64,000 bases of DNA from an uncultured archaeon (GTDB lineage: Archaea > Aenigmatarchaeota > Aenigmatarchaeia > Aenigmatarchaeales > Aenigmatarchaeaceae): contig CAZSPB010000003.1 of the NCBI GenBank assembly GCA_964608725.1, positions 55,645-119,644 of the forward strand. The letters run 5' to 3'. Below, one piece after another: positions 10,256 to 20,135 of the stretch. The position numbers and the translations under genes were made by a program. The notes under the pieces are model-generated. The model made no database searches, was not told the DNA's origin, and saw nothing but the letters and a program-made list of their open reading frames with translations. The stretch's first letter is position 1. Every line of letters begins with the position of its first letter.

Positions 10256-10513
10256 ATGATGGATAAAAAAAGTTTAAAAGAGTTTATTAAAGGTAAAAGT
10301 AAAGCAGAATCTCTAGAAAATATTAGCTTCATAATAATTGTTATTTCAGCTATTCTCATTTGTATTGGAATCTCTCTTGGAAGTTTTATAAAGGGAACTG
10401 TTTTCATTGCAAGCTTTGGTTCTTTCACCGTTATGGTAGGAATAGTTATTTATATTATTTCACAATTTATAGGAGAGGAACATGGCGAGAATGCACTCAA
10501 GGAAGAAAGGTAA
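10256..10513 (+). CDS. Small membrane protein
   Basis: 85 aa with two hydrophobic helices; overlaps the start of rps15. Confidence 0.25.
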   Translation: MMDKKSLKEFIKGKSKAESLENISFIIIVISAILICIGISLGSFIKGTVFIASFGSFTVMVGIVIYIISQFIGEEHGENALKEER

Positions 10514-10940
10514 ATCTGGCAGTAAAAAACCATTAGTCCCTGCAAAATGGGTAGAATATGATGCAAAAGAAGTTGAAAGGCTAGTTTTAAAGCTAGCCAA
10601 AGAAGGTTTACAAACTGCATCTATAGGAAGAGTTCTGAGAGACCAGTATGGAATACCTTCTGTAAGAGCTGTGACAGGAAAGAAAATAGCGAAAATTCTT
10701 GAAGAAAATAATATGCTTCCAAAAATTCCTGAAGATTTGTTAAATTTGTTAAAAAGGGCTGTTAACTTAAGAGACCATTTAACTAAACATAAAAAAGACT
10801 ATACTTCTAAACATGGGTTAGAACTTTTGGAAAGTAAAATAAGAAGGTTAATAAAATATTACGTTAGAAAAGGAAAGTTGCCTAGAGACTTTACTTACGA
10901 TCCTGAAAGAGCTAAACTTCTAGTTGAAACAGCAAAATGA
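10482..10940 (+). CDS. rps15: 30S ribosomal protein S15 (uS15/S13e)
   Basis: '[17 protein letters not shown]...' N-terminus and the S15 helical core; a GGAGAGGAAC Shine-Dalgarno-like sequence lies upstream. Confidence 0.85.
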   Translation: MARMHSRKKGKSGSKKPLVPAKWVEYDAKEVERLVLKLAKEGLQTASIGRVLRDQYGIPSVRAVTGKKIAKILEENNMLPKIPEDLLNLLKRAVNLRDHLTKHKKDYTSKHGLELLESKIRRLIKYYVRKGKLPRDFTYDPERAKLLVETAK

Positions 10941-10968
10941 TTAAATGTTTTAAATTAATATTATTTCT

Positions 10969-12261
10969 ATGAAAGAGTTAATGAGTTCTATAGAAGCTGC
11001 TATTAAAAAAATAAAGGAAAGTAAAGATATAATCCAAATTGTTTCTCATTCTGATGCTGATGGTTTAGCAAGTGCAGCTATCATAGCTTCAACTTTAATG
11101 AGAATTAATAAAGAATTTCAAATAACTGTGGTAAAAACAATTAATGAAAAGGTTATAAAAAGTTTGAAAGAAAGAAAGCCTAATCTTATCATATTTACAG
11201 ATATAGGATCTGGTTACCTTGATTTAATTAAAGATTTAGATTGTGATGTCATAATAGCTGATCATCATGAAGTGGAAGGTGAAAGTGCTGAAAATATAAT
11301 ACATATAAACCCTGAAATTTTTGATATTCATTTATCAGGAGCTGGGACAACTTACCTTTTAGCAAGAGAAATTTTAAAAAATGATGATTTAGCTCCCCTT
11401 GCAATAGTAGGAACTGTTGGCGATACTATTTACTCAACGAATTCTAAGTTGTTTGAAACTCCCCTTATAGAAGTTGAAATGGGTTTAAATTTGTTTGGAA
11501 GATACTCAAGACCTCTTTATAAAGCATTAGAACTTTCAAAGATACCTGGAGTAAGTGGGAATCCGGCGAGAGCTATACAATTCTTATCAGAAATAGGAAT
11601 TAGCTTACAAAAAAATGGAAGATGGAGAACTTTGGCAGATTTGAATGAAGAAGAAACTAGAAAACTTACAGATGCTATAGTTAAAGAGTGTTTGAAACAT
11701 GGAGATTTTAGCAAAGAAAAAATATTTGGAGATATATTAACTTTAAAAAACTATCCTGAAGAACTGAAAGATGCGAAAGAATTTGCAACTTTACTAAACT
11801 CGTGCGCTAATATGAATGAACCTGGAATAGGTATTGCTGTTTGTTTAGGTAGTGAAAAGGCCTTAAAAATTGCAAAAGGTTTGCTAAAAGGTTACAGAAA
11901 ACTCATTTCCAATTACTTAAGATGGATAGAAGATCACCCAGAAAATATAAGGAGAGAGAAATATGCAAATTATATTCTTGCTGGAAATAACATAAATGAA
12001 AATTTAATAGGAACCATAGTTTCTATGCTTTTTAAGCCTTCAGAAAAAACTTTAATTGGTTTGGCAAATGGAGAAGAAGGTATAAAAGTTTCAGCAAGAT
12101 CAAAAGATGTTAATATAAGAAATGTAATAGTTGAAGCTGCAAAAGAATGTGGAGGGAGAGGAGGTGGCCACAAAAGCGCTGCAGGGGCAATCATACCTTT
12201 TGGAAAAGAGAAAGAATTCATTGAAGTTTGTGAAAGAATATTGAAGAAATTATATAGTTAG
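10969..12261 (+). CDS. DHH-family phosphoesterase, RecJ-like/GAN-like
   Basis: 'SHSDADGLASAAI' DHH motif I and an 'IADHHE' motif, plus a DHHA1-like C-terminal domain with a GGGH motif. Downstream of rps15. Confidence 0.6.
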   Translation: MKELMSSIEAAIKKIKESKDIIQIVSHSDADGLASAAIIASTLMRINKEFQITVVKTINEKVIKSLKERKPNLIIFTDIGSGYLDLIKDLDCDVIIADHHEVEGESAENIIHINPEIFDIHLSGAGTTYLLAREILKNDDLAPLAIVGTVGDTIYSTNSKLFETPLIEVEMGLNLFGRYSRPLYKALELSKIPGVSGNPARAIQFLSEIGISLQKNGRWRTLADLNEEETRKLTDAIVKECLKHGDFSKEKIFGDILTLKNYPEELKDAKEFATLLNSCANMNEPGIGIAVCLGSEKALKIAKGLLKGYRKLISNYLRWIEDHPENIRREKYANYILAGNNINENLIGTIVSMLFKPSEKTLIGLANGEEGIKVSARSKDVNIRNVIVEAAKECGGRGGGHKSAAGAIIPFGKEKEFIEVCERILKKLYS

Positions 12262-12996
12262 CTTCATGATAGACTCATAGACCTTTCTTGGTTCCTTCCT
12301 TACATTCTTCTGGAAAGGTTTCTTGCCTAACCTTGAAAAGTATCTAACAACTTTGAAATAATTTCCATAATCGTATCCAACATACGTTAAGGGTACACCC
12401 CTTTCTATTATATCATCTAGGGAATACTTTTTATCTTTTAATTTATCAAAAACTTTTTCTTCTATTTTTGCTTCCCTGAACCCAAATCTCTCTAAGGCTT
12501 TGTTCTTTGCGGCTGTTGCTACACCTTCTGCAAGACAATAAACGATCTCAACATCTGTGGGTTCTTCTACTTTTCCTACAACTTTTAGAAGAACGTGCTT
12601 AATTATTTCCCCTTCAGAAAATTTTTTGATGAAAGGGTTAACATGAAAATAATACCTTTCGCCTTCTTCATGAGCCAGATTAGAAAAACACAAGGCTTTA
12701 AGAGATATTCCAAATTTTTTGGCTACGGATTCGGATATTTCTATCCCACCAAATATGACTTTACCCTTTTTTGGGTCAAACATAGGAAATGTGCCAAACT
12801 CTATGGAAATTTCCAGATTAGTATCGAATAAAGAATTATAGAAATCTATTAACTGTTCATGAAGACTTGAAAGATTTTTCTTGTAATATTTTTTTGATTT
12901 CCTAATAGCCCTATAATTTTTTACTTTTTCTCTTAATTTTTCCATATAAACTAAAAAATTATAAAAATTATTTAAATAGTTCCTAAAATCAAACAA
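12250..12996 (-). CDS. Hypothetical protein
   Basis: 248-aa ORF with no recognised motif. Confidence 0.3.
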   Translation of the reverse strand: MFDFRNYLNNFYNFLVYMEKLREKVKNYRAIRKSKKYYKKNLSSLHEQLIDFYNSLFDTNLEISIEFGTFPMFDPKKGKVIFGGIEISESVAKKFGISLKALCFSNLAHEEGERYYFHVNPFIKKFSEGEIIKHVLLKVVGKVEEPTDVEIVYCLAEGVATAAKNKALERFGFREAKIEEKVFDKLKDKKYSLDDIIERGVPLTYVGYDYGNYFKVVRYFSRLGKKPFQKNVRKEPRKVYESIMKLTI

Positions 12997-13035
12997 GGAA
13001 AAATTTTATAAAGATGTAAAATGATTTAATCTCTT

Positions 13036-13587
13036 ATGGCTAGAAGACTTAAAGGAAAAGAGTGGTATCAAATAGTTGCACCACAATTCTTTGGAGATTT
13101 TGTTATAGGTGAAACTCCTGCTCTTGATGCTTCTCAATTAATAGGAAGAACTGTAGAAATAAGTTTGAGTGATATAACCAACGATGCAACAAAGTATTAT
13201 ATGAAGTTTTATTTCAGAATTTTTGAAGTAAAAGATAACAAAGCTTTAACAAAGTTTGTTGGGCATGATTGTACAAGAGATTTTCTCTCAAGAATAGTGA
13301 GGAGAAGAACAACAAGAATAGACACTAACGATGTTGTAAATCTTCAAGATAATAAAATAAGAGTTAAATCTATTGCTGTCACAAATAGAAGAGTAAGTCA
13401 AAATGTAGAGAAAAAAATAAGAAAAACTATAAGAGAAATGATAATAAACGAGTTAAGCAAGATGAAAACAGAAGAATTTGTTAGAGAAATGATAGATGGA
13501 AAGTTGCAGCAAAAGATAAGAAAGAATGTAAATAAAATATATCCTCTAAGGCATTTTGAATTTAGAAAAACAGAAGTTATCTTATAG
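13036..13587 (+). CDS. rps3ae: 30S ribosomal protein S3Ae (eS1)
   Basis: 'KGKEWYQIVAPQFF' N-terminal signature of S3Ae. Confidence 0.8.
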   Translation: MARRLKGKEWYQIVAPQFFGDFVIGETPALDASQLIGRTVEISLSDITNDATKYYMKFYFRIFEVKDNKALTKFVGHDCTRDFLSRIVRRRTTRIDTNDVVNLQDNKIRVKSIAVTNRRVSQNVEKKIRKTIREMIINELSKMKTEEFVREMIDGKLQQKIRKNVNKIYPLRHFEFRKTEVIL

Positions 13588-13827
13588 TTCTTCTACTTGT
13601 ATGAGAGTTGTTGATATCCAAAACATTCCACCTAAAAGTATCAAAATGAAAGCTATTAAGTAGGCTATTAACACTGAAGATGGAGTGGCTCCCAGAACGG
13701 ATGGTTCAACACTTCCGGCTATTAAAGCCCCAAAAAATACACATAAAGCTCCTATAAACCAAAAAGCTATAACTCTTGCATCTGCCATGATATGTGGTTT
13801 TGTCTTCACATATTTAAATTTATGCAA
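13582..13827 (-). CDS. Small membrane protein
   Basis: 81 aa with two predicted TM helices. Confidence 0.25.
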   Translation of the reverse strand: MHKFKYVKTKPHIMADARVIAFWFIGALCVFFGALIAGSVEPSVLGATPSSVLIAYLIAFILILLGGMFWISTTLIQVEEL

Positions 13828-13832
13828 TTTTA

Positions 13833-13841
13833 TAAATCTTG
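13833..13841 (+). promoter_or_regulatory. Candidate TATA box for the SRP RNA gene
   Basis: 'TATAAATCT' lies ~20-26 bp upstream of the RNA 5' end. Confidence 0.3.
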
Positions 13842-13858
13842 AAATTTAAACTATTTTT

Positions 13859-14135
13859 GGCAGAGGATTAGGCTGGGGAGCTACCGGTTCCCTGTAAGCA
13901 CAAATCCGGTTTATGGTGCGGCCGAAGCCTGAGGGCGGTGTCAGGAGTCATTGAGGTCCCACCAATCGACTGAGAAGCTTCGTCCCACAGAGTTGTTATC
14001 ATGGCGAACCGACGGAGGCCCGGAAGGGAGCACGTCTAAGTCATGGTAACAGCGTTTGTGGGGTTGCGAAGTGGAGAAGATTGGTGGGAGAAACCTCAAT
14101 GGTTCTTGACATCCACCGATGGCGCATCCTCTGCC
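13859..14135 (+). ncRNA. ffs: Signal recognition particle RNA (7S RNA)
   Basis: A GC-rich island in AT-rich DNA carrying the helix-8 motif 'GGCCCGGAAGGGAGCA'. The 5' GGCAGAGGA pairs with the 3' UCCUCUGCC (helix 1), and a T-run follows. Confidence 0.7.
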
Positions 14136-14146
14136 TTTTTATTTTA
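14136..14146 (+). terminator. Oligo-T terminator after the SRP RNA
   Basis: 'TTTTTATTTTA' immediately after the helix-1 3' strand. Confidence 0.3.
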
Positions 14147-14167
14147 TTGCTTATAATAAAGATAATT

Positions 14168-14962
14168 ATGAGTTACAAATACAAGCATAAAAGAAATAAA
14201 AGAGAGACTTTGCTATTTTTGATAGGTGTAATAATTGGTATAGTTATAGGAAGTGCAGTTAGCTATCACTTTTACAATTTCTATTTTAGTCTTCAAACTC
14301 CGAATGTTACAAATTTACCTAAACTTCAAAAAATAATAATTCCTCAGGCCAATTATACTTACTCTTATGTTGAGTTAGGCTTACCTGCTGTTGATCAAAA
14401 TGGAAACGGTGTTATAACTAAGTTAAGAGTTGAAGCAAGGCCAGGAAATGGAAAAGTTTTAACAAACATAGATAAACTTTTGTTTTGGGTCGATACTCAA
14501 CAATCTATACAAACTGCTAAAATAGTTGCAGAAAATGTTACTGGAATAGATGCAAGTAAATTTGATTTGATTTACACTATTGAAAGTAATGCTTCTCTTG
14601 TTGGTGGGCCTTCAGCTGGAGCAGCTTTAACAATTGCAACTATAGCAGTTTTGGAAAATAAAAGCTTAAAGAAAGGTGTTATGATGACAGGAACTATAAA
14701 TCCAGATGGAAGCATAGGAGAAGTAGGAGGTGTTTTAGAAAAAGCAAGAGCAGCAAAAGAATTTGGTGCAACCGTATTTTTAGTTCCTTATGGACAAGGA
14801 ACAGAAACTTATTTAGAACCTGAAGAAAAATGTGTAAGGAAGTTAAACTTTGTGTTTTGTGAAACAACCTACAAGCCGAAAACAATAAACATAGGAAAAG
14901 AAGTTGGTATTTCTGTTATAGAAGTTAAGAATATAGAAGAAGCATTAAAGTATTTTATTTAA
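14168..14962 (+). CDS. Membrane-anchored Lon-like (S16) serine protease domain protein
   Basis: N-terminal TM segment; 'GPSAGAALTIATIAVL' Ser and 'GEVGGVLEKARAAKEFG' Lys catalytic-region motifs. The longest ORF starts at 14081, but that start overlaps the SRP RNA, so the ATG at 14168 is preferred. Confidence 0.55.
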   Translation: MSYKYKHKRNKRETLLFLIGVIIGIVIGSAVSYHFYNFYFSLQTPNVTNLPKLQKIIIPQANYTYSYVELGLPAVDQNGNGVITKLRVEARPGNGKVLTNIDKLLFWVDTQQSIQTAKIVAENVTGIDASKFDLIYTIESNASLVGGPSAGAALTIATIAVLENKSLKKGVMMTGTINPDGSIGEVGGVLEKARAAKEFGATVFLVPYGQGTETYLEPEEKCVRKLNFVFCETTYKPKTINIGKEVGISVIEVKNIEEALKYFI

Positions 14963-16469
14963 GTACTTTCTTCAGAACACTTTGAGGATCTTTTCTATAT
15001 TGGGCAAGAATTGATGCAACATCTTTAAACTTAGTTATACCTTTTTTCTGCATCCATTCTAGAACAAGCTTTCTCTTTTTTAATTCTTCCCATAAATCTT
15101 CAAGTCTAACTCCTTTATGAGCTGCTAATTCTTGAAGGTACCAAGAGGAACCCTTTCTACTAAATTCAAATTTATCTTCATCAGGAGACCAATAATAAAC
15201 TGCATTTGTCCTTGCAACGCCAGTTTTTGGATCAACTGATTCTATTTCAACAACTTCCTTAACTCTTCTCGCTGTTTCACCTTTTTCTCTTGCATGAATC
15301 ATTATCACAACCATATCAAGAGTATCAACAAGAGAAGGAGATAAGTTTATAGGTGGTGTTTCCAACCTGTAAATAATATCTTCAACTCTTCCAGCGTGCA
15401 TAGTTCCTAAAGCAGGAATTCCAGCTGCCATACCTTGAAATAAAACGTAAGCTTCTTTACCTCTAACTTCTCCAACTATAACATAATCCGGAGTTTGTCT
15501 GAATGCTTCTTTTAATAAATCGAACATAGTTACTTCTCCATAACCTTTTGCAAAACCTATTCTTACAACAGAAGGAACCCAATTTTCATGAGGTAAGTTA
15601 AGTTCTCTTGTGTCTTCAATAGTTATGATTTTTGCTGCAGGTGGTATGAACATTGATAAAACATTTAAAAAAGTTGTTTTTCCTGCTCCTGCCCCTCCAC
15701 CTATTAGTATAGATGCTCCGTTTTCAACAGCTAACCAAAGGTAAGCTAAAACTTCACTACCTACAGTTTTGTTATTTAGTAAATCTATAGGAGAGAAAGG
15801 TTCTTTAACGAATTTTCTTATAGTAAAACTAGGTCCTCTTGCTGTTACATCTTTTGTAAAAGATGCTTGAACTCTTGAACCATCAGGGAGAGTACCATCT
15901 AAAAGAGGCTCAGCATAAGATATAAATCTTCCACATCTTTCAGCTAATTTTACTATAAACTCTCTCAACTCGTTAGAATCTTCGTAGATTATATTCGTTT
16001 TTATTGAACCATATTTTTTGTGAACAACGTAAAGTGGTACCCCTATGCCGTCACAAGAAATATCTTCTATATAAGGATCTTTCATTAAAGGTTCTATCTT
16101 GTTTAAACCAACAAAGTTTCTATAAATGTAATACATTATTTTTGCTTTACTTTTTTCAGAAAGTTTTATTTCATATTCATATAAAATTTTATTTATTTGT
16201 TTTTCTAAGTACTCTATTGCTTCTTCTTTCTTTCTTATAGCAGAAAGTTCTATATCAAGTATTTCAAGCAAACCATTTATGATTTTTTTATAAGTTTCTT
16301 CTTCACTTTTGCTTAATTTAGGTTCAACAACGTTATAAACAAACTCTTTATTTTTTTCATCCCACTTTATATCTGCAAAAACAAAAGGTGGTATTAGTTC
16401 ATATTTTACTCCAGCATTTCCTTTTGGAATATTAGGGAGAATTTCAGGTTTTTCCTTCTTAACTTTCAT
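14955..16469 (-). CDS. Type II/IV secretion-system ATPase (FlaI/VirB11/TadA family), archaeal pilus/archaellum assembly ATPase
   Basis: Walker A 'GGGAGAGKTT', a Walker B/Asp box, and VirB11-like His box regions. Confidence 0.7.
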   Translation of the reverse strand: MKVKKEKPEILPNIPKGNAGVKYELIPPFVFADIKWDEKNKEFVYNVVEPKLSKSEEETYKKIINGLLEILDIELSAIRKKEEAIEYLEKQINKILYEYEIKLSEKSKAKIMYYIYRNFVGLNKIEPLMKDPYIEDISCDGIGVPLYVVHKKYGSIKTNIIYEDSNELREFIVKLAERCGRFISYAEPLLDGTLPDGSRVQASFTKDVTARGPSFTIRKFVKEPFSPIDLLNNKTVGSEVLAYLWLAVENGASILIGGGAGAGKTTFLNVLSMFIPPAAKIITIEDTRELNLPHENWVPSVVRIGFAKGYGEVTMFDLLKEAFRQTPDYVIVGEVRGKEAYVLFQGMAAGIPALGTMHAGRVEDIIYRLETPPINLSPSLVDTLDMVVIMIHAREKGETARRVKEVVEIESVDPKTGVARTNAVYYWSPDEDKFEFSRKGSSWYLQELAAHKGVRLEDLWEELKKRKLVLEWMQKKGITKFKDVASILAQYRKDPQSVLKKVLK

Positions 16470-16501
16470 AAGGATTTATTAGTTAAGTTAATTATTAAAG
16501 T

Positions 16502-17443
16502 TTGCTTCTTCATTTTAATAACATGATACCAGAAAAAGTTAGAAAAATATTGAAGAAACAAAGGTATAAAATAGTAGGTAATCACTCAGCTGCAAAACTT
16601 TGTTTATGGACTAAAAGGTCTATAAAAACTGGAGGAAAAGAACATTGCTACAAAGAAAAATTTTACAAAGATATAGGAATAAAAAGTCATGGTTGTTTGC
16701 AGTGTACTCCAGCTGTAATGTGGTGCACTTTAAGGTGTAAATTTTGTTGGAGGGCCATAGAGTTGACTCTAGGACAAAAAATTGAAAAGGAAGATGATCC
16801 AAAATTTGTTGCTGAAAAGTTAATAGAAGCTCAAAGAGAACTTTTAACTGGTTTGGGTGGTGTTCCTCACGATGAAAAGCTATTGAAAGAAGCTTATAAT
16901 CCCACTAACGTTGCTATATCCTTAAGTGGAGAACCTTTCTGTTATTCTCAACTTTCAGATTTAATAAAAGAATTCCATAAAAGAGGGATGAAAACATTCG
17001 TTGTTACTAATGGCACTTTTCCAAAAAGGATAGAAAGTTTGGAAACTTTACCAACTCAGCTTTATGTTTCTTTATGTAGTAACAGTAAAGAAATGATGAA
17101 AAAAGTTCAAAACCCATTAATACCTGATGCATGGGAAAGGCTAAATGAAACTTTGGAGTTATTGCCAAACCTAAAAACTAGAAAAGCTATCAGGTTAACT
17201 ATGGTCAGAAATCTAAATATGAAAAATCCTGAAAAGTATGCAAAGCTTTTAGAAAAGACTAACGCAAATTTTATAGAAGTGAAAAGTTTTATGAGTGTTG
17301 GTTTTTCTAGGTTGAGACTTCCTTATTCTTCCATGCCATCACATCAAGAAATAAAAGAATTTGCTGAAAGAATTGCGAATTGTTTAAGTTATAAAATTGC
17401 TGATGAGAAAAAAGAGAGTAGAGTTGTTTTATTGAAGAAATAA
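16502..17443 (+). CDS. taw1: Radical SAM tRNA 4-demethylwyosine synthase (Taw1/TYW1)
   Basis: 'CTLRCKFCWR' CxxxCxxC cluster together with the upstream 'HSAAKLCLWTK ... CYKEKFYKDIGIKSHGCLQCTP' TYW1-type auxiliary-cluster region. Confidence 0.6.
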   Translation: MLLHFNNMIPEKVRKILKKQRYKIVGNHSAAKLCLWTKRSIKTGGKEHCYKEKFYKDIGIKSHGCLQCTPAVMWCTLRCKFCWRAIELTLGQKIEKEDDPKFVAEKLIEAQRELLTGLGGVPHDEKLLKEAYNPTNVAISLSGEPFCYSQLSDLIKEFHKRGMKTFVVTNGTFPKRIESLETLPTQLYVSLCSNSKEMMKKVQNPLIPDAWERLNETLELLPNLKTRKAIRLTMVRNLNMKNPEKYAKLLEKTNANFIEVKSFMSVGFSRLRLPYSSMPSHQEIKEFAERIANCLSYKIADEKKESRVVLLKK

Positions 17444-17914
17444 CTTGAAAATGAGAATTAAAAAAATAAAAATTATGTTAAATACTAAAAAGTAATTTTC
17501 AGAAACACCTTTTATTTGCCATTCTTTCCATTTTTCAGAATTTGGAATGAATATACCAAGTCCCTCCCTTTTCTTAACTTTTGAAAATGGTGCTAAAGGG
17601 TAAGTTTCAAAAACACATAAGTAATCTAAGAGTATATGAGTACCATAAGGAACTAAGACTAGAGTAAAAAATAGTTCATTTAAAAAGCTCAACAAAAATG
17701 CTGTAGGGATTGCAATGAAAACAAAACCTAAGGGTTCTTGAATCCAAGTCCTTTGATGAAACCATGGTTTTTTCTTGAAAATTTTATGATCATAATCAAT
17801 AAAAACCGCAAAAATTAGAGTAAAAAGAATAGAATAAAATAAGTTTAAGAAATTAAGTTCTACGAAAATCAAACATAAGGCCAAAGCGAAAATGAAATGA
17901 TTTAGCTTGTTCAT
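17429..17914 (-). CDS. Integral membrane protein
   Basis: 161 aa with multiple hydrophobic helices. Confidence 0.3.
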   Translation of the reverse strand: MNKLNHFIFALALCLIFVELNFLNLFYSILFTLIFAVFIDYDHKIFKKKPWFHQRTWIQEPLGFVFIAIPTAFLLSFLNELFFTLVLVPYGTHILLDYLCVFETYPLAPFSKVKKREGLGIFIPNSEKWKEWQIKGVSENYFLVFNIIFIFLILIFKLFLQ

Positions 17915-17921
17915 GTTAGAG

Positions 17922-18014
17922 TGGGCCCGGCCGGATTTGAACCGACGTTACCAGCACCCCATTCCAGCAGTTAAACTGTAGCTGGTGTCCTAGACCAAGC
18001 TGAACGACGGGCCC
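17922..18014 (-). tRNA. Intron-containing tRNA (93 nt; ~18-20-nt intron in the anticodon region; anticodon unresolved)
   Basis: Reverse complement gives acceptor GGGCCCG/CGGGCCC, D-arm GUUC..GGAC, anticodon stem CCAGC...GCUGG enclosing 25 nt, T-arm GUCGG-UUCAAAU-CCGGC, discriminator A. Confidence 0.6.
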
Positions 18015-18016
18015 TA

Positions 18017-18238
18017 TCATAAATTTATTTCAATGATTTTATTTCTATTTTTCTTTCCTCTTAAAATTAAAATAGAAGATTTAGGGACAGCAAAATGTTT
18101 TGATAGTATTTCTATTAAACGCTTGTTAGCTTTGTTCTTAGATGCAGGAACGTCCACTTTAATTCTATAGTTATTCTCATCAATCTTGATTACTTCAACT
18201 TTCTTTGAGTTTGGAACAACATTAACCAGAATTCTCAT
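18017..18238 (-). CDS. DUF167/YggU-like small protein
   Basis: 'VVPNSKKVEV...VPASKNKANKRLIEILSKHFAVPKSSILILRGKKNRNK' matches the DUF167 pattern. Confidence 0.45.
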   Translation of the reverse strand: MRILVNVVPNSKKVEVIKIDENNYRIKVDVPASKNKANKRLIEILSKHFAVPKSSILILRGKKNRNKIIEINL

Positions 18239-18239
18239 T

Positions 18240-18434
18240 CTATCTCTTATACTTCGCTATCTGTTTATAACTATCGACGTGAGTTAGAAATAAAGTTCTA
18301 CAACAATATTTTTTTAGTCCTAAATCATCTAAAACTTTCTTTGGATCTTCACCAGCTTTAACTCTCTTTTGAAATTCCTCCCACAAATGAGCAACTGGCT
18401 TCCCACAGGTTAAACATCTTATTGGTATAATCAT
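18240..18434 (-). CDS. rpoN: DNA-directed RNA polymerase subunit N (Rpb10)
   Basis: 'MIIPIRCLTCGK' with a 'CC' at the C-terminal metal site; 64 aa. Confidence 0.85.
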   Translation of the reverse strand: MIIPIRCLTCGKPVAHLWEEFQKRVKAGEDPKKVLDDLGLKKYCCRTLFLTHVDSYKQIAKYKR

Positions 18435-18768
18435 ATTAATCCTTATTTTTTTACTTTTCTAAGTTCTTAAATCTTTCTATTTTGAATAGATTTTGTTCAA
18501 AATAGATAAAAAGATTCAAATTTTATGGAAAATATGGGAAAGTTCAAGAAGTTTGGCAAACCTTTAAAATGTGACAAACAGTATAGGAAAAGAAACAAAA
18601 GTTTATCTATCATTTTTCGTGAACGTTTAGGACGTTATCAATTTGGTGGTTTTGATATGGTATATTGTCGTGATAATGATAAAATTTGTCCTTTTAGAGG
18701 TAAAGAAGAAAAATGCAAAAATTATAGACCTCGTAAGACTTAAATTTTTTCTTGATTAATTTTCTCAT

Positions 18769-19224
18769 ATGGATAAGAATCTTGCTAAGAAAATTATAGA
18801 TTGGGATTTAGAGCATGCAGATTTTGTTGGTAGTTTGCCTGGAATCCCTGAAGCAAATTTTTATGAAGCTTTAGAAAATGTGTTTAAGGATGCTGAGAAA
18901 TTGGGAGTTGAGCCACAATATTTTAGAGAAAGGGCCTTAGCTATAGAGAAAAGATACGTAAGAAGGCAAGCTAGAATTTTGAGTCAACATGCTAACAAAT
19001 GCCTAGAAAGAGGAGACTATAAAGGTTACGCTGCTTTCACGATGCTGAAAAATAGACAAGAAAATTTTAGACAAACTCAAAAGCTCACAGGAAAAACAGC
19101 AGTTGAACTTGGAAAAGAAGAATTGTTCAAAAGAATGTTTATTGTTACTCCAATTAATGCTTTGAAAGATGATGTAGTATCTTATGCTTTGTTAGCAGCT
19201 ATTTGTCCTCCTTTAGAAGTATGA
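18769..19224 (+). CDS. Hypothetical protein
   Basis: 151-aa ORF with no recognised motif. Confidence 0.3.
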   Translation: MDKNLAKKIIDWDLEHADFVGSLPGIPEANFYEALENVFKDAEKLGVEPQYFRERALAIEKRYVRRQARILSQHANKCLERGDYKGYAAFTMLKNRQENFRQTQKLTGKTAVELGKEELFKRMFIVTPINALKDDVVSYALLAAICPPLEV

Positions 19225-19327
19225 TTAGAAAAATTGAAGGAACAGAATAAAAATTTAATATCAAAATGAAAAAATGGCAGAAACAGTTAAGAAAGTATAT
19301 GAAGCTTGAAATAAGCTTATACTTCCT

Positions 19328-19747
19328 TTATCTCTTTGAACGTTGCTTATGACGACGGGGACCTTTCTTACTCCTAGAAGGTTTATGTGGTTCTGTTCTC
19401 CTAGAATCAGAAACCAAAAGAGTTCTATCGTATTCTAAAAACTTATCTTTCAAACTTTTATCATATTCAACTAGTACTTTAGCTATTGCTTCTCTTGCAG
19501 CTGTTGCCTGACCAAAAATTCCACCACCTTTCACATTAACTTGAATATCTAAATTGTTAGAAATATTTCCTGCTAAAATTAACGGTTCTTTTATGAAAAG
19601 TTTTACTGGCTCAGGTTCTATTAAATCCAAGGGTTTTCCATTTATGTAAATTTTTCCTGTTCCAAGTTTAGCAAAAGCTCTAGCTATAGCTCTTTTTCTT
19701 TTTCCCACTGTGTGTATAGAGAGTTTTTTCTTAGCCAAGTTTAGCAC
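19328..19747 (-). CDS. rps9: 30S ribosomal protein S9 (uS9)
   Basis: '[17 protein letters not shown]' and a basic C-terminal tail ending in 'SKR'. Confidence 0.85.
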   Translation of the reverse strand: MLNLAKKKLSIHTVGKRKRAIARAFAKLGTGKIYINGKPLDLIEPEPVKLFIKEPLILAGNISNNLDIQVNVKGGGIFGQATAAREAIAKVLVEYDKSLKDKFLEYDRTLLVSDSRRTEPHKPSRSKKGPRRHKQRSKR

Positions 19748-20135
19748 CTAATTTTTTACAAACTTCTTCAAGTGTGACGTACTTACATCTTATATCTTTT
19801 AAAGATTTTCCTATTTTTTCTCCTTTTAATCCTTCTGGATTTCCAATGTAAACTCTTAACCTTTTCAAAGCTTTTCTTCCTTTATCTTTTTTATAAGGAA
19901 GCATTCCTCTAACTGCTCTCCATAGTATTCTATCAGGATACCTAGGGTAAAAAGGGCCCTTTTTTGGATCACCTCTCGCCCTCTTTTCCCTAAACCTTTC
20001 AAAAACTGCTTTTGGGTTTCCTGTTACAATGGCCTTTTCAGCGTTAATCACAATAACGTTTTCTCCTTTTAAAAGCATTTTAGCTATTCTTGAAGCAAGC
20101 CTTCCTAAGATAGCATTCTCAGCATCAACTATCAT
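19731..20135 (-). CDS. rpl13: 50S ribosomal protein L13 (uL13)
   Basis: '[14 protein letters not shown]...' N-terminus typical of uL13. Confidence 0.85.
   Translation of the reverse strand: MIVDAENAILGRLASRIAKMLLKGENVIVINAEKAIVTGNPKAVFERFREKRARGDPKKGPFYPRYPDRILWRAVRGMLPYKKDKGRKALKRLRVYIGNPEGLKGEKIGKSLKDIRCKYVTLEEVCKKLGAKLG

Noticed and set aside
14694-16240. Short antisense ORFs (for example 14694-14885 and 16004-16240) within the Lon-like protease and FlaI-like ATPase genes
   Set aside because: Antisense to well-supported genes, with L/K/F-rich low-complexity sequence.
18525-18743. 72-aa plus-strand ORF between rpoN and the 18769 gene
   Set aside because: No motif, K/R-rich low complexity, no obvious RBS, and possibly just 5' UTR/promoter space. 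Kept out of features, though a small ribosomal-like protein cannot be excluded.
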